DNA from: Atractiella rhizophila
Lineage: Eukaryota
Reading direction: 5' to 3'
DNA length: 60,570 bases
NCBI GenBank assembly: GCA_021432655.1
Contig: MU271461.1
Location: 1-60,570, forward strand
The notes under the pieces were generated by a model. That model worked only from the letters and a program-made list of their open reading frames with translations. It did no database searches and had not been told where the DNA came from. Below, piece after piece: positions 13,949 to 25,982 of the stretch (position 1 is the first letter of the stretch; the number at the start of each line of letters is the position of its first letter). Both the position numbers and the translations under genes were made by a program.

Positions 13949-15230
13949 ATGGCGTCTCTCAAGCTCTCCAAACCTCTCTCCCTCACTTCAGCCTTCACAC
14001 TCTCCTCCGGTCACTCCATTCCAGCTCTAGGTATGTTGATCATACATCCGTCTCTGACTTCGCTCCGTCATGATCTCTTTCGAGCTCGACTTTGAATATT
14101 CCATTCAGCTTGAATAGTTGATGCTTCTCACAGGGCTCGGGTTCTTTGAAACGCCAAACGGAGCTCCAGCGCTTGAATCTTTCAAAGTCGGGTACAGGCA
14201 CATTGACAGTGCTCGATACTATCAGAATGAAGGGGAGATGGGTGTAGCGGTGCGTCAAAGGTACCGTGGACTTCAGTTTAAATGTCAGAGTTTGAAGTCG
14301 CCTCAATTGTTAGTGGTATTCCTCGCGAACAAATTTTCTGCACCTCCAAAGTGTTGTCTGAGGACTATGCCTTCTCTCCCTCGATATCCGAAGCAGTCGT
14401 GAAGGCCGTAGAATCTTCTCTATCCAAGTTCGGATGCGATTACTTCGACCTCTACCTCTTGCACGACCCGGGTGCAGGTCCAAAAGGTCGAATCGAGGCG
14501 TGGAAAGGACTCGAGGTGGCCGTGGAGAAGGGATACGTTAAGAGCATCGGTGTGAGCAATTTCTGTGTCGAGCACCTCGAGGAACTTCTGGCTTCGAACC
14601 TCAAAATTAGACCTGCCGTCAATCAAGTGGAGCTGCATCCTTGGTATCAGCAAAGAGATGTTAAGGAGTTTTGTGACAAGGAAGGTATACTGGTCCAAGG
14701 GAAGCCTGCCCCTCAAAGGAACAGACGCAATCTTGATGAGACTTTCATAACAGCTTATTGTCCGCTCGTGAGAGGGCAGAGAATGACAGATCCCACACTT
14801 CAGAAGGTGGCGGAGCGGGTGCGTCATTCCTTTTCTTGTTCCGATCCTGAGATATATTTACCAGAGAGCAGCACAACAAGACGCCAGCTCAAGTGCTTGT
14901 GCGGTGGAGCCTGCAACATGATCTGAACCCACTTCCAAAGAGTACGAAAGCATCTCGAATCCGTACGCACACCGTCTCCACTTGTGTGCATGGTAACAAA
15001 TTATTGTAGGGGAGAACGCGGACGTTTTCGATTTCGAGTTGTCGAAGGATGACATGGAAGAGTTGGATGCACTGGATGCGGGAGAAGGTGGTGCAGTGAC
15101 GTGGGATGATTGGTGGGTGCCTCTCCATTTGACAAATTGGAGTCTGATCAAATATGTCCTGTTGGGTAGAATGTCCTTGACTGGAATGTTTCAATCTGCG
15201 TCTCGCCACCCTCTTCACATGAAGACGTAG
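13949..15230 (+). CDS. Aldo-keto reductase (AKR5-like); 3' end uncertain
   Basis: Catalytic tetrad in GYRHIDSARYY, TSK and LYLLH. Also KSIGVSNF, NQVELHPW, AYCPL, TPAQVLVRW, PLPKS and RIRENADVFDFELS. Confidence 0.9.
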
Positions 15231-15855
15231 CTTTCCGAGAGGGCAACCTCAGTGCTTTGAATTTGAGAATGTTAAGATTCTGTCTGTCTCCATCCCAATC
15301 TCGTCAAGTAAGAGTATTACACTCAAATTTGCACAATTTTTTGTGTCGGATTAATCGATTAGCACCTAAGACTGTGATAATGAGTGACATTGCAAAACGC
15401 CCTTTCCTCCTGTTTCATCACAAGGGCCTTACAAACGCGAAATTGAAAGGGAAAAATAAAATGCTTTGTCACGGCAATGCCGCTTGTGCAGACTGGGAGA
15501 ACAGGTGTCCATCAAAAGAAAGGGACATCGTCCGTCGCAAGAAGCAAAGATAGAAAGCGTGGCAATTTAACAAGATGGCCCGCCGAACGAGGAACAACTT
15601 TCCAGGAGAAGTTACAGACCGTGATCTCTGCCCAATGCGTATATCCCTTTGCGCAGCTCCACTGTCTTGCATCTCATTCTTTCAAAGTCTGCCTATTACC
15701 CTATTGACTGGTGTTCCTCACCTGTCTTTGCGCGCGTTGTCGCGGGGCGTCTCAGAGAACTCCGAAACTCCGGCGGTCAAAAATTTCGTGACGACCAACC
15801 GACCAAGACAAAGAGGCAGCCTGCGCACTGGCATCAGCACACGCCAGCCATCGCC

Positions 15856-17284
15856 ATGTCGCATCGCAACTCTTCCCGCAAGAGTTCCACGCCCGCCACC
15901 TCCCTCGTCTCTCCCCCGCAGCGGCCTCCTTCCTCCCTCGCCGGCGGCCGCAAGACGCCGTACAGGATGTCCCCCGAGCCTGTGCTGCCCGTGGAGGACC
16001 CGAGTGTGGACTATGCCTCGTTCGCCGCGTCGATGGTCGGCACGAGTCTTCCGGATTCGGAGGTGGATGGATTGGGAATGGGTGGTTTGACCGGAGGGAT
16101 GGGAGGGCTTGGATTGGGATTGGAGGGTCGGAAGTCCCCTAGAAGTGGACCAGGGAGCCAGGATGAGGTCACATCTTCTATGTCCAAGCTTCCCTTTGGT
16201 GCTTCCACCCGCCAACGCACGCCGTCGAGTAGTGATTCCAGTCCGCCTTCCCTCAACTCATCCGTTGCTTGGAACATGCCCGGCGGAGCCGCTTCTGCGT
16301 CAGGAAGGCTTTCGCGCGGCACATCGCCTTCTTTTCCCTCTCCAAGCAAGGTGCAACCCCAGCCTCTGGTCCCTAAAATATCTCCATCGTACACAAAGGG
16401 AGACTGTATCATCCTATCGGAGGATGGAATGCTTTTCCGCGTCTACCGAGCGGAGCTGTGGAAGAGTGCGCCATTGCTGGAGGATGTTTCGATGGGTGTG
16501 AGGATCAAACAAGGGATGGGGAATGACATCGCCTCCAATGTGTTGCCAGTGGAGGAATCGGGAACCACTGTGGAAACCTTACTCGGCTGGATCATCGTTG
16601 GTGGGAAGGTCGAGGAACGGAAGCCGGAAGAGCTCGGAGGGGCAATTAAAGCTGCGAGGGAGTGGGGATGCGATAGAGATGTGATTGATACCATGAAAGA
16701 GACGATTGTGTGCGTCATCTCTGTTTGATCGTTCTTCGATCTGTGGGGTGGGCCGTTAATAGCAAGGGGACAGTGCGATGGTCAAGACTCCTCTCGATGC
16801 TTTAAACCTATACATCCTCGCCGACTCTCTCCAAGACTCACACCTACTCTCCCATGCATCCCGTCTCACCGTTTCTTTTTCAACCGAAACTCCACTGTCC
16901 ATCCTAGAGTCAACACACCATCTCCTCTCCTCTTCCTCCATCTCTCCTCCCGCCCTGAACGCGCTCTGGTCCCTACACGCACTCCGCTCCGACCGCTCAC
17001 GGGCCATCCTCTCCACCCCTCTCTCCAACATCCCCATCGGCGAGACACGCCCTCACAACGGGTGCAAGAACCGGGAACCCCTCGAGTTGTATTGGGCAAA
17101 GACGCGGACTGTTTTGCTCGGTCAACAGGGTGCAGCGTTTGAACCGAGGGACCTCGTGCGAAAGCCTGGAGAAGGAAGCACGGGCATCACCTGCGTCGCT
17201 TGTTATAGATGCTTCCTCCATACGGTAGAGATGATGGAGCAGGAGTGGAGGGAGGTGCCGGCTCAGGTTAATTTGCGGTATTGA
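15856..17284 (+). CDS. BTB/POZ-like domain protein with a Ser/Pro-rich N-terminus
   Basis: DCIILSEDGMLFRVYRAELWKSAPLLED...LPVEESGTTVETLL fits the basidiomycete BTB pattern. One intron near 16708-16762 and a C-terminal CxxC. Confidence 0.6.
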
Positions 17285-17889
17285 GAGAGAGAATGGGAGT
17301 TTGTTCCGTGCAAGTTGACAGTGATGGCGTGCTGGTGTGTTATGTCTTGCTGCATGAGGTCAGCGGTCGGCCTGGACCTTGGATGATGAGTAAAAGGCTC
17401 AAGGAGAAGAGTCAGTGCTTTGGTTTACTGTTTTTGCTCAGCTTGGAACGGTCTGCTCGATTATATTATGACCTTTTTTATGGTGCTGCTTTCCAAAGTC
17501 TCGTTCTACGGTCTGAGTAGTCTTTTCAGTTCCTCATGTTGCGTTAAGGTGTTTTGTCTACTTGTCCACTTGCCTCCGTCTCGTCTCCTGCGTCCATCAA
17601 GTTTCTTATATACGTCTCGATTCGTTTTTTTGTCTCTGATATCTGTTGCACCACGTCCCTGCTCTACTTAATCCCGCTTGCTTGCCTGTTGAGAATCCGT
17701 TTATGATACATACGATATTCCTGTCATTATGATACCTGCAGTAATGATGATAATGCTTATACCTTGATGCCTCCAACTCCTGCTCTCCCAAATGTAAATG
17801 CAGATCTCCAGATGGCCAGATGAGTGAATACTTTCCACTCAAATGCGGAAGGTCAGGCAGGAGAAGAGATCCAGGCACCGACGACCACG

Positions 17890-18822
17890 ATGTCAACAGG
17901 CTATTCCCTCTCCGCCGTTGCCTACCACAAGGTGCTCCTCCATGCCACCAAGTATGCTCACAGCGACATCTGCGGTCTTCTCCTTGGACCGTCAGGATCG
18001 ACCAACGTGGTGGATGCCATTCCGCTCCTGCACCACTGGACCGCGCTCTCTCCCATGATGGAGGCGGGTCTTGAGCTCGTGCGCTCTTCTTCTCCCCGCT
18101 AGCATAAATACTAATCTCTTCTGTGGCTGGGTGTTGTTGGAATGCATAGGCGGAGGTGTATGCAAAGACGAAGGGATGGGATGTTCTGGGCTTTTATGAA
18201 GCTCGAAAGGGCATGGATGAGAATACAATCAGTGGGACGGGGAAGCAGGCTGCTTTGGCTATTGTGAAGAATAATGGTGGGAAAGGATTGGTGCTTGTGG
18301 TGCGTCATTTCGAATTGTTTTGTGACCCTCTAGAAGCAGAAATTTTGCTCATTCTCAAAACACGGTTATCATGAGACACATCTGTTAGAAGAATCTTTGC
18401 GTATACTATCTTTTTTTTCTTGAAATATTTATCGTCCCTACGTGATCTTAGAATACCACATTGTACCCTCTGTTTCACGTTACCAACATCAACGTAATCG
18501 CGGTGCCAGCTGACGAGTTTTTTATAGGTTGACAACACAAACATCGCAGTTGAGGATACCCCGTTCATCGTGAGCATCCTCCATACTTAGCTCGAGCTTT
18601 CTCTAACGATATCACCAGCCATATCTTCCTGCTGGAAGCAACGCCTTTGAACCCCGAATTTTTTCCTCCATCGTCACCCTCGCGGATCCCTCCTCTTGCA
18701 CAGCCGAACATTACAAGTCGTTAGTGAAGCGAAAAGAACATGAGAAGCTCTCTGACTTTGATGATCACCTCGAGGGGATATCAAAGGATTGGTTGAGGAA
18801 TGATTCAGTGCAAATCCTGTGA
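17890..18822 (+). CDS. EMC8: ER membrane complex subunit EMC8/9 (UPF0172)
   Basis: AYHKVLLHATKY...ICGLLLG...VVDAIPLLHHWTALSPMMEAGL and C-terminal DFDDHLE...DWLRN. Three introns. Confidence 0.9.
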
Positions 18823-18942
18823 TAGTATGATAGCGATACATGATGTTGCATTGCATAGTAGTCACCCATACTCACTACCACACAAGAGACTTACAAAGGA
18901 AAGGCGAAGGGGATTTCTCCAAGAGGGAGAGAGAGAGAGAGG

Positions 18943-20227
18943 TTAACAGGGAGCTTGATTCTGATATTGGCCACTGGTTTCTTGATATTCTTTGATGAAG
19001 AGGTACTGTTCCTCCCTTGTCATCCACCTGTTGGGCTATCAGGAACCTCTTTTCCATGTTTAGACAGAAACATACCTTAGAAAATCAGTGATATATTCCT
19101 GTAAGATGAGAATCGATTCGTTATCCATCCTCGTATGTGACATCATCTCTGGAAGATTGACAAAAAGCCGGAGAAGATGTTCTGCGCCATAGATCCCACT
19201 CATTTGGGCATCGCCACTCCCTGGCCCACTTGTGATTTGCTTTTGATTGGAGTATTGCAACCTCTCGAACTTGTACAAAAGATTTGTACCGAGAGATTTG
19301 TCGAAATACAACTGGAGACCAGCGAGGAACTCATGAGTAAGGTTAACCGGTCGTTGGGCTGTGTGAGGATTACTGGCGTGTCATTGTTATTGCGAAATGA
19401 TGTGACAGAGCAACAAACATACTGTAATGGATTTTTATCATCGATGAGGGAACGACGATACTTAGCCAGAATGTCCCGAACATTTGGTTTGCGGGGAAGA
19501 GGGACAACCTATGGTCACACACGTGAGAAAAATCTAACAAGGGAAAAACTTTGACAAATAGGAAACGGACCTGTTTTCGATGCGTAATCCATTCCCAATC
19601 GTCTACCAGTCGAACTTTCAAGGTGTCTGGAATCGCGATGTATATTTGTGGGCGAATATAATCCTCCGGCTAATTTCACAACATTCTGAGCAACCCGCTA
19701 AAGGAAGCAGGGAGATTGCTCACATATCCTCTTTCAAGAGCTCTCCTTTGATCGGAAATGCCCATTTGCGCAGTGCTCTCTCGTCCTCGCTTCGTACCCC
19801 TGCTATCCACGACGGGGCCTCGCTTTCCGGGAATAGAAGGTTTTGCTTCCCCACCCCTTTGAGCAGCCTGAAGCGCTTGCTGCTCAGCTGCATCTCTTTG
19901 CTTCTGAACCTCTTTCAGTTGCTTCTGGGCTGCAATATTTTCAGTCGTAAGCTTCAAGAGTCTCGTATTCGTGATCCACTCGTCCCAACTTTGAACAAGC
20001 ACACAAATTCCCAGCTCAACACAAATGCCCAATAATGTGGAACAAAAGAAAACGTACGATTGTTTCCATCCTTTATAATGAACAAAGTAGAAAGGTGGTT
20101 CAGACCCTGGATTAGTTTCCAGCGCTTCCGGCGCGTCGTTTGAGATCTTGAGGATTTTGGCTTCATACAACAATGGGCCGTGGTAGCACAGCACCCTCTC
20201 GCCTTCGATGAATTCTGTGTGAACCAT
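18943..20227 (-). CDS. EAF3: Eaf3/MRG15 chromo-barrel + MRG domain protein (intact copy)
   Basis: GERVLCYHGPLLYEAKIL, YFVHYKGWKQSWDEW, LVDDWE, YFDKSLGTNLLYKFERLQY and IYGAEHLLRLFV. Confidence 0.93.
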
Positions 20228-20708
20228 TTTCGCGGGAAAGTCGAGTTAACAAAACCTCGTCGTTCCTGAGCTGGAAGCGAAGCATGAATGGCGCACGTGC
20301 CAGTTCCTAACCTTGTCGCGAAAACATGTAAACTACGACAAACAATCTTCTAGGTCAACATCAAGGTCTTAATCCACCCCATATTCTAACTCACAGTGTC
20401 GCTTCACCTTTCCTGCCAAAATAAATCACTATGAATGCAACTTGTAGGACGGGACGGAGGAGGTAGTAGGGTGAGTTATTAGGCTTTCAAGTACATCGCA
20501 GGTGAGTTCATGCCACTGCCCCTCCTGTATCTCTGTACCCAGGAAGTTGTAACTCTTGTTTAGATGTATTCGTTTCCCTTGTTTTTGTGCTGAGCGTCAA
20601 TTGCCGGAGGAGATGGATCATCCAGCGAAACGTCAGAAAGATTGTTTGCATTATCCTAAAGGATGGAATAACCTGGAAAGGCATCTCTAGCAAAGATTCA
20701 GCGTGTTA

Positions 20709-21697
20709 TCACAGCCCAGACCGAGCAAGATTTTGATAGCCTCCTGGCGTCTCCTGGTACCTCTTTATGAAAAATGTGTCTTGCTCTTTCCTCATAAACC
20801 TACGGCGTTCTTCAGAATTTTTCTTCCACTTCAAAGAAAATATTACCTAATAAAGTCGCAGCAATAATCATACCAGTCAGAAGCGAAGTGGGGCTCCATC
20901 TTGCGTAGTACAAACTCTGGGATGTTGCACCAGAACCTAAGGAGGTGCTCAGCACCATAGATATCACTCGATCGTAGCTTCTCCTTGTTTTGGTGCAGCC
21001 GAGCGAATTGCAACCTTTCGAATTGATACAGTAGACTCTGCCCCAGCATCCAGTTGAAACTTGCTTCTAAACCTTGGAGGAAGTCATTGAGAGATTCAAG
21101 AGAGCGTTGTGTGACAGTTGGAGTGCTATCCAAGGCGTTAGGTTTGTTTAAATGAGGTTATTTGTTAGAAAAGAGCTGACTGAAAATGTGATGCTTTCCG
21201 AACAGAATTTCGGTATTGCTCCACGATATCGTGTACCGTTGGCTTTCTGGGGAGTGGGACCAACTTTCGCGTCCAGTCAACAAGAGCTGACTATCCCCAA
21301 CGAGAACTAACCTGAAGCCTGTTTGTGACCGCTTCCCAGTCATAAATCAATCTCAGTTTCAAGCTCTCGGGGAAAGGAAATTCCAAAAACGCTTCCCCAT
21401 CCTTCGAAGTAGTCTTGAGTACGCTTTCTGATACTTTGGCTGTATACTTAGAAACGAAAGCCTTCGATGGAGATGACTCGATAGGAGTTGGAATCGACTG
21501 AGGAGCCTTGGATGGTGTCATAGCGGGTTCGCCATTTACTTTCAGTGAATGGAAACCCGACTCGGGAGAACGTTGTGAACCGTCCACACTTCTTGTTGAG
21601 CTCTCCTTCCTCCTCTTTGTTTCGCTCGCCCCATCGGTCTGCTCGGTCGATAGCGTGGAGCTGGTAGATGGACTTCTCTTCCTCTTTCGCAACGTCA
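20709..21697 (-). pseudogene. 5'-truncated copy of the EAF3-like paralog
   Basis: Matches 23193-24181 and lacks the chromo-barrel exons. Confidence 0.85.
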
Positions 21698-22711
21698 CCA
21701 CTCCCTGGCCCACTTGTGATTTGCTTTTGATTGGAGTATTGCAACCTCTCGAACTTGTACAAAAGATTTGTACCGAGAGATTTGTCGAAATACAACTGGA
21801 GACCAGCGAGGAACTCATGAGTAAGGTTAACCGGTCGTTGGGCTGTGTGAGGATTACTGGCGTGTCATTGTTATTGCGAAATGATGTGACAGAGCAACAA
21901 ACATACTGTAATGGATTTTTATCATCGATGAGGGAACGACGATACTTAGCCAGAATGTCCCGAACATTTGGTTTGCGGGGAAGAGGGACAACCTATGGTC
22001 ACACACGTGAGAAAAATCTAACAAGGGAAAAACTTTGACAAATAGGAAACGGACCTGTTTTCGATGCGTAATCCATTCCCAATCGTCTACCAGTCGAACT
22101 TTCAAGGTGTCTGGAATCGCGATGTATATTTGTGGGCGAATATAATCCTCCGGCTAATTTCACAACATTCTGAGCAACCCGCTAAAGGAAGCAGGGAGAT
22201 TGCTCACATATCCTCTTTCAAGAGCTCTCCTTTGATCGGAAATGCCCATTTGCGCAGTGCTCTCTCGTCCTCGCTTCGTACCCCTGCTATCCACGACGGG
22301 GCCTCGCTTTCCGGGAATAGAAGGTTTTGCTTCCCCACCCCTTTGAGCAGCCTGAAGCGCTTGCTGCTCAGCTGCATCTCTTTGCTTCTGAACCTCTTTC
22401 AGTTGCTTCTGGGCTGCAATATTTTCAGTCGTAAGCTTCAAGAGTCTCGTATTCGTGATCCACTCGTCCCAACTTTGAACAAGCACACAAATTCCCAGCT
22501 CAACACAAATGCCCAATAATGTGGAACAAAAGAAAACGTACGATTGTTTCCATCCTTTATAATGAACAAAGTAGAAAGGTGGTTCAGACCCTGGATTAGT
22601 TTCCAGCGCTTCCGGCGCGTCGTTTGAGATCTTGAGGATTTTGGCTTCATACAACAATGGGCCGTGGTAGCACAGCACCCTCTCGCCTTCGATGAATTCT
22701 GTGTGAACCAT
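21698..22711 (-). pseudogene. 3'-truncated copy of EAF3
   Basis: Matches 19214-20227. It is cut after SGPGSG and runs out of frame into the paralog fragment. Confidence 0.85.
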
Positions 22712-23192
22712 TTTCGCGGGAAAGTCGAGTTAACAAAACCTCGTCGTTCCTGAGCTGGAAGCGAAGCATGAATGGCGCACGTGCCAGTTCCTAACCTTGT
22801 CGCGAAAACATGTAAACTACGACAAACAATCTTCTAGGTCAACATCAAGGTCTTAAACCTCCCCATATTCTAACTCACAGTGTCGCTTCACCTTTCCTGC
22901 CAAAATAAATCACTATGAATGCAACCTGTAGGACGGGACGGAGGAGGTAGTAGGGTGAGTTATTAGGCTTTCAAGTACATCGCAGGTGAGTTCTTGCCAC
23001 TGCCCGTCCTGTATCTCTGTACCCAGGAAGTTGTAACTCTTGTTTAGATGTATTCGTTTCCCTTGTTTTTGTGCTGAGTGTCAATTGCTGGAGGAGATGG
23101 ATCATCCAGCGAAATATCAGAAAGATTGTTTGCATTATCCTAAAGGATGGAATAACCTGGAAAGGCATCTCCAGCAGAGATTCAGCGTGTTA

Positions 23193-24686
23193 TCACAGCC
23201 CAGACCGAGCAAGATTTTGATAGCCTCCTGGCGTCTCCTGGTACCTCTTTATGAAAAATGTGTCTTGCTCTTTCCTCATAAACCTACGGCGGTCTTCAGA
23301 ATTTTTCTTCCACTTCAAAGAAAATATTACCTAATAAAGTCGCAGCAATAATCATACCAGTCAGAAGCGAAGTGGGGGTCCATCTTGCGTAGTACAAACT
23401 CTGGGATGTTGCACCAGAACCTAAGGAGGTGCTCAGCACCGTAGATATCACTCGATCGTAGCTTCTCCTTGTTTTGGTGCAGCCGAGCGAATTGCAACCT
23501 TTCAAATTGATACAGTAGACTCTGCCCCAGCATCCAGTTGAAACTTGCTTCTAAACCTTGGAGGAAGTCATTGAGAGATTCAAGAGAGCGTTGTGTGACA
23601 GTTGGAGTGCTATCCAAGGCATTAGGTTTGTTTAAATGAGGTTATTTGTTAGAAAAGAGCTGACTGAAAATGTGATGCTTTCCGAACAGAATTTCGGTAT
23701 TGCTCCACGATATCGTGTACCGTTGGCTTTCTGGGGAGTGGGACCAACTTTCGCGTCCAGTCAACAAGAGCTGACTATCCCCAACGAGAACTAACCTGAA
23801 GCCTGTTTGTGACCGCTTCCCAGTCATAAATCAATCTCAGTTTCAAGCTCTCGGGGAAAGGAAATTCCAAAAACGCTTCCCCATCCTTCGAAGTAGTCTT
23901 GAGTACGCTTTCTGATACTTTGGCTGTATACTTAGAAACGAAAGCCTTCGATGGAGATGACTCGATAGGAGTTGGAATCGACTGAGGAGCCTTGGATGGT
24001 GTCATAGCGGGTTCGCCATTTACTTTCAGTGAATGGAAACCCGACTCGGGAGAACGTTGTGAACCGTCCACACTTCTTGTTGAGCTCTCCTTCCTCCTCT
24101 TTGTTTCGCTCGCCCCATCGGTCTGCTCGGTCGATAGCGTGGAGCTGGTAGATGGACTTCTCTTCCTCTTTCGCAACGTCAAGGTTTTCTTCGATGGCAC
24201 AGGTAGGGAAGTTTCAGGTAGGGTCGCAGCTAATATTTCTCTCCTTCGCCGTCCAGTACGGGCTTGCTCTGGCATTGTGGCTTGTCGGGGACGGAGGCTG
24301 TCCTGCCGAGCAAGTGGAGCAGGTGGCTCGCTCTTCTTGTCCACTTTCGCCTTGTGTTCGCGATGAACTTCTTCATCTGCCTCTCTAAGTTCTTCCAGCT
24401 TGTCAGGTGTCGCCTTGTGGATTCTTTCGACAGGAATTGCGTAGTTTCTCTGAGTGGCCTGAACCCATTCCTTTGTCCTACACTCGGGCTGAGCGTTTGG
24501 CTTTGGATTAGGATATAGGACGTACTGGGCGTCATATCTCGCCCAACGAATGAAGTACTTTTCCCGATTCTTTCCGTTCTCTTCGGGCGATGGTAGCTTT
24601 CGAATAATTGCGACATATTGCTCCTGGTCCTTCTCCCAGTCGCAAACAACAATTTCTTGCAAGGAAAAGTTTGGGGAAGACGACAT
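23193..24686 (-). CDS. Divergent second MRG-family protein (degenerate chromo barrel + MRG)
   Basis: YVAIIRK...YFIRWARY...KEWV, LKLRLIYDWE, LLYQFERLQF, IYGAEHLLRFW, and last exon FMRKEQDTFFIKRYQETPGGYQN. Confidence 0.85.
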
Positions 24687-25982
24687 TGCTGAAGTTGTCT
24701 CGTTCAACAAGATGTGTGTGTATAACCAGCGCGAATATTAAACCCTGCAGGGCGTCCGTTCCTACTGCACAAAAAGAAGCAGGGTGGGGTAACTTGCGCA
24801 GGCTGGACGCCTTTAAATGCGAGCCCACGTAACAAGGGAAAACACAAGTCACTAAATGGGGTTACTGGGAATCAAGCAGAGAATACACTTCGCGAGTCAC
24901 TTGTAAACACTGGGGCAACGAAGTGGCTGGGGGGTGGCGGAATTAATACGTTCATTGAATATGGCGGTCTTTCCTTGATTGCAATTGCAGAAGCCCCGGC
25001 CAGGTCGGGGACTTCCAGAAGAGGAGGAAGTTTGCCACCAAGAAGCAGAATACTTTGAGATGCTGCTGCAAAGTCCGGCCTCGATTATATTCCCTCCCTT
25101 GGAGTACTTACCCGAAGCAAGGCTAAAGGTTGATTGGTTAAGATCTGAGATCTCAGAAGCCCGGCGTTGACTTTGGCACCTTCTGTCAAATCGCTTAGCA
25201 GGCGCTCAGGTCAAGCACGTTACAAGCAAAAGGAGGGGTCAACAATAGTTACGATGCATCTTCGTGAAGTGAAGCGAGAATGGCTACCTCACAGTAACAA
25301 GCATACAGCTTCTCACCTTGAGTATATATTCTTTCTTGTCCGGCGCGTAGTTCAGCCACTTACGGTCACTCTGGGTTTCTAGGATGAGTGTTAATAGAGA
25401 CCGGTCTCTTATTCAAATTGCACACTACAATTCTTCACAAGGTTTCATTCGAGAAGCCATACTGCTTCTGCTAATATCTGGCCGGAAGCAAAAAGAAACG
25501 AAGAAAATGCCTTTCGCCTTTGCTTCATTTTTCCATGCACGGTGCGATGATTCTGAGCGCTCATCTCTCCCTATATTGATTATCTGTGCGTCAACTGTTA
25601 TGAGCTTTTGATTCAGAGAAGGGCACGGAATCACTGCAGGACATGTATCCTGCCATCCTCCCAGTCTACGAGCATACGGAGGACGATCTTAGATCTTGCC
25701 TTACCTATTCACTCGCAACGACTCAGCTGCCAGCGTGCCAGTGTTTGCAGTCATCGGAATTTACGTTTCTAACAGGAAGTTCCACTCAGACCGTAATAGT
25801 ATAGATATTATGATTACACATGATCACAATTGTGTTGAGTGTGATAGCAGTGACAAGTCCAACTGATGAATGGTACATGTGAGACAAATGCAGGGACTAA
25901 AAATGTCTAGAGGAAACTGCAGATCAGGTCTGGCGCTGAATGTTCAATGAAAGTACGAAGGAGTCCATAATAATCCTCGAAA

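Larger units (their letters stand above)
10246..14680 (+). repeat. Tandem duplication, period 2218 bp (10246-12462 / 12464-14680)
   Basis: Near-identical copies. The junction ...gtgacaag-a-tttcgatc... has one extra base at 12463. Confidence 0.97.
19214..24181 (+). repeat. Tandem duplication, period 2484 bp (19214-21697 / 21698-24181)
   Basis: Near-identical copies with junction ...gcaacgtca|ccactccc.... Differences cluster around 20370-21140 versus 22855-23625. Confidence 0.97.

Noticed and set aside
17744..17830. ATGATGA box C-like motif upstream of EMC8
   Set aside because: No matching box D with a terminal stem.
18927..18941. (GA)n microsatellite between EMC8 and EAF3
   Set aside because: An ordinary short repeat in a 3' UTR region.
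21291..21818. Possible EAF3/paralog chimeric gene
   Set aside because: The EAF3 frame does not continue into the paralog frame at 21697/21698.
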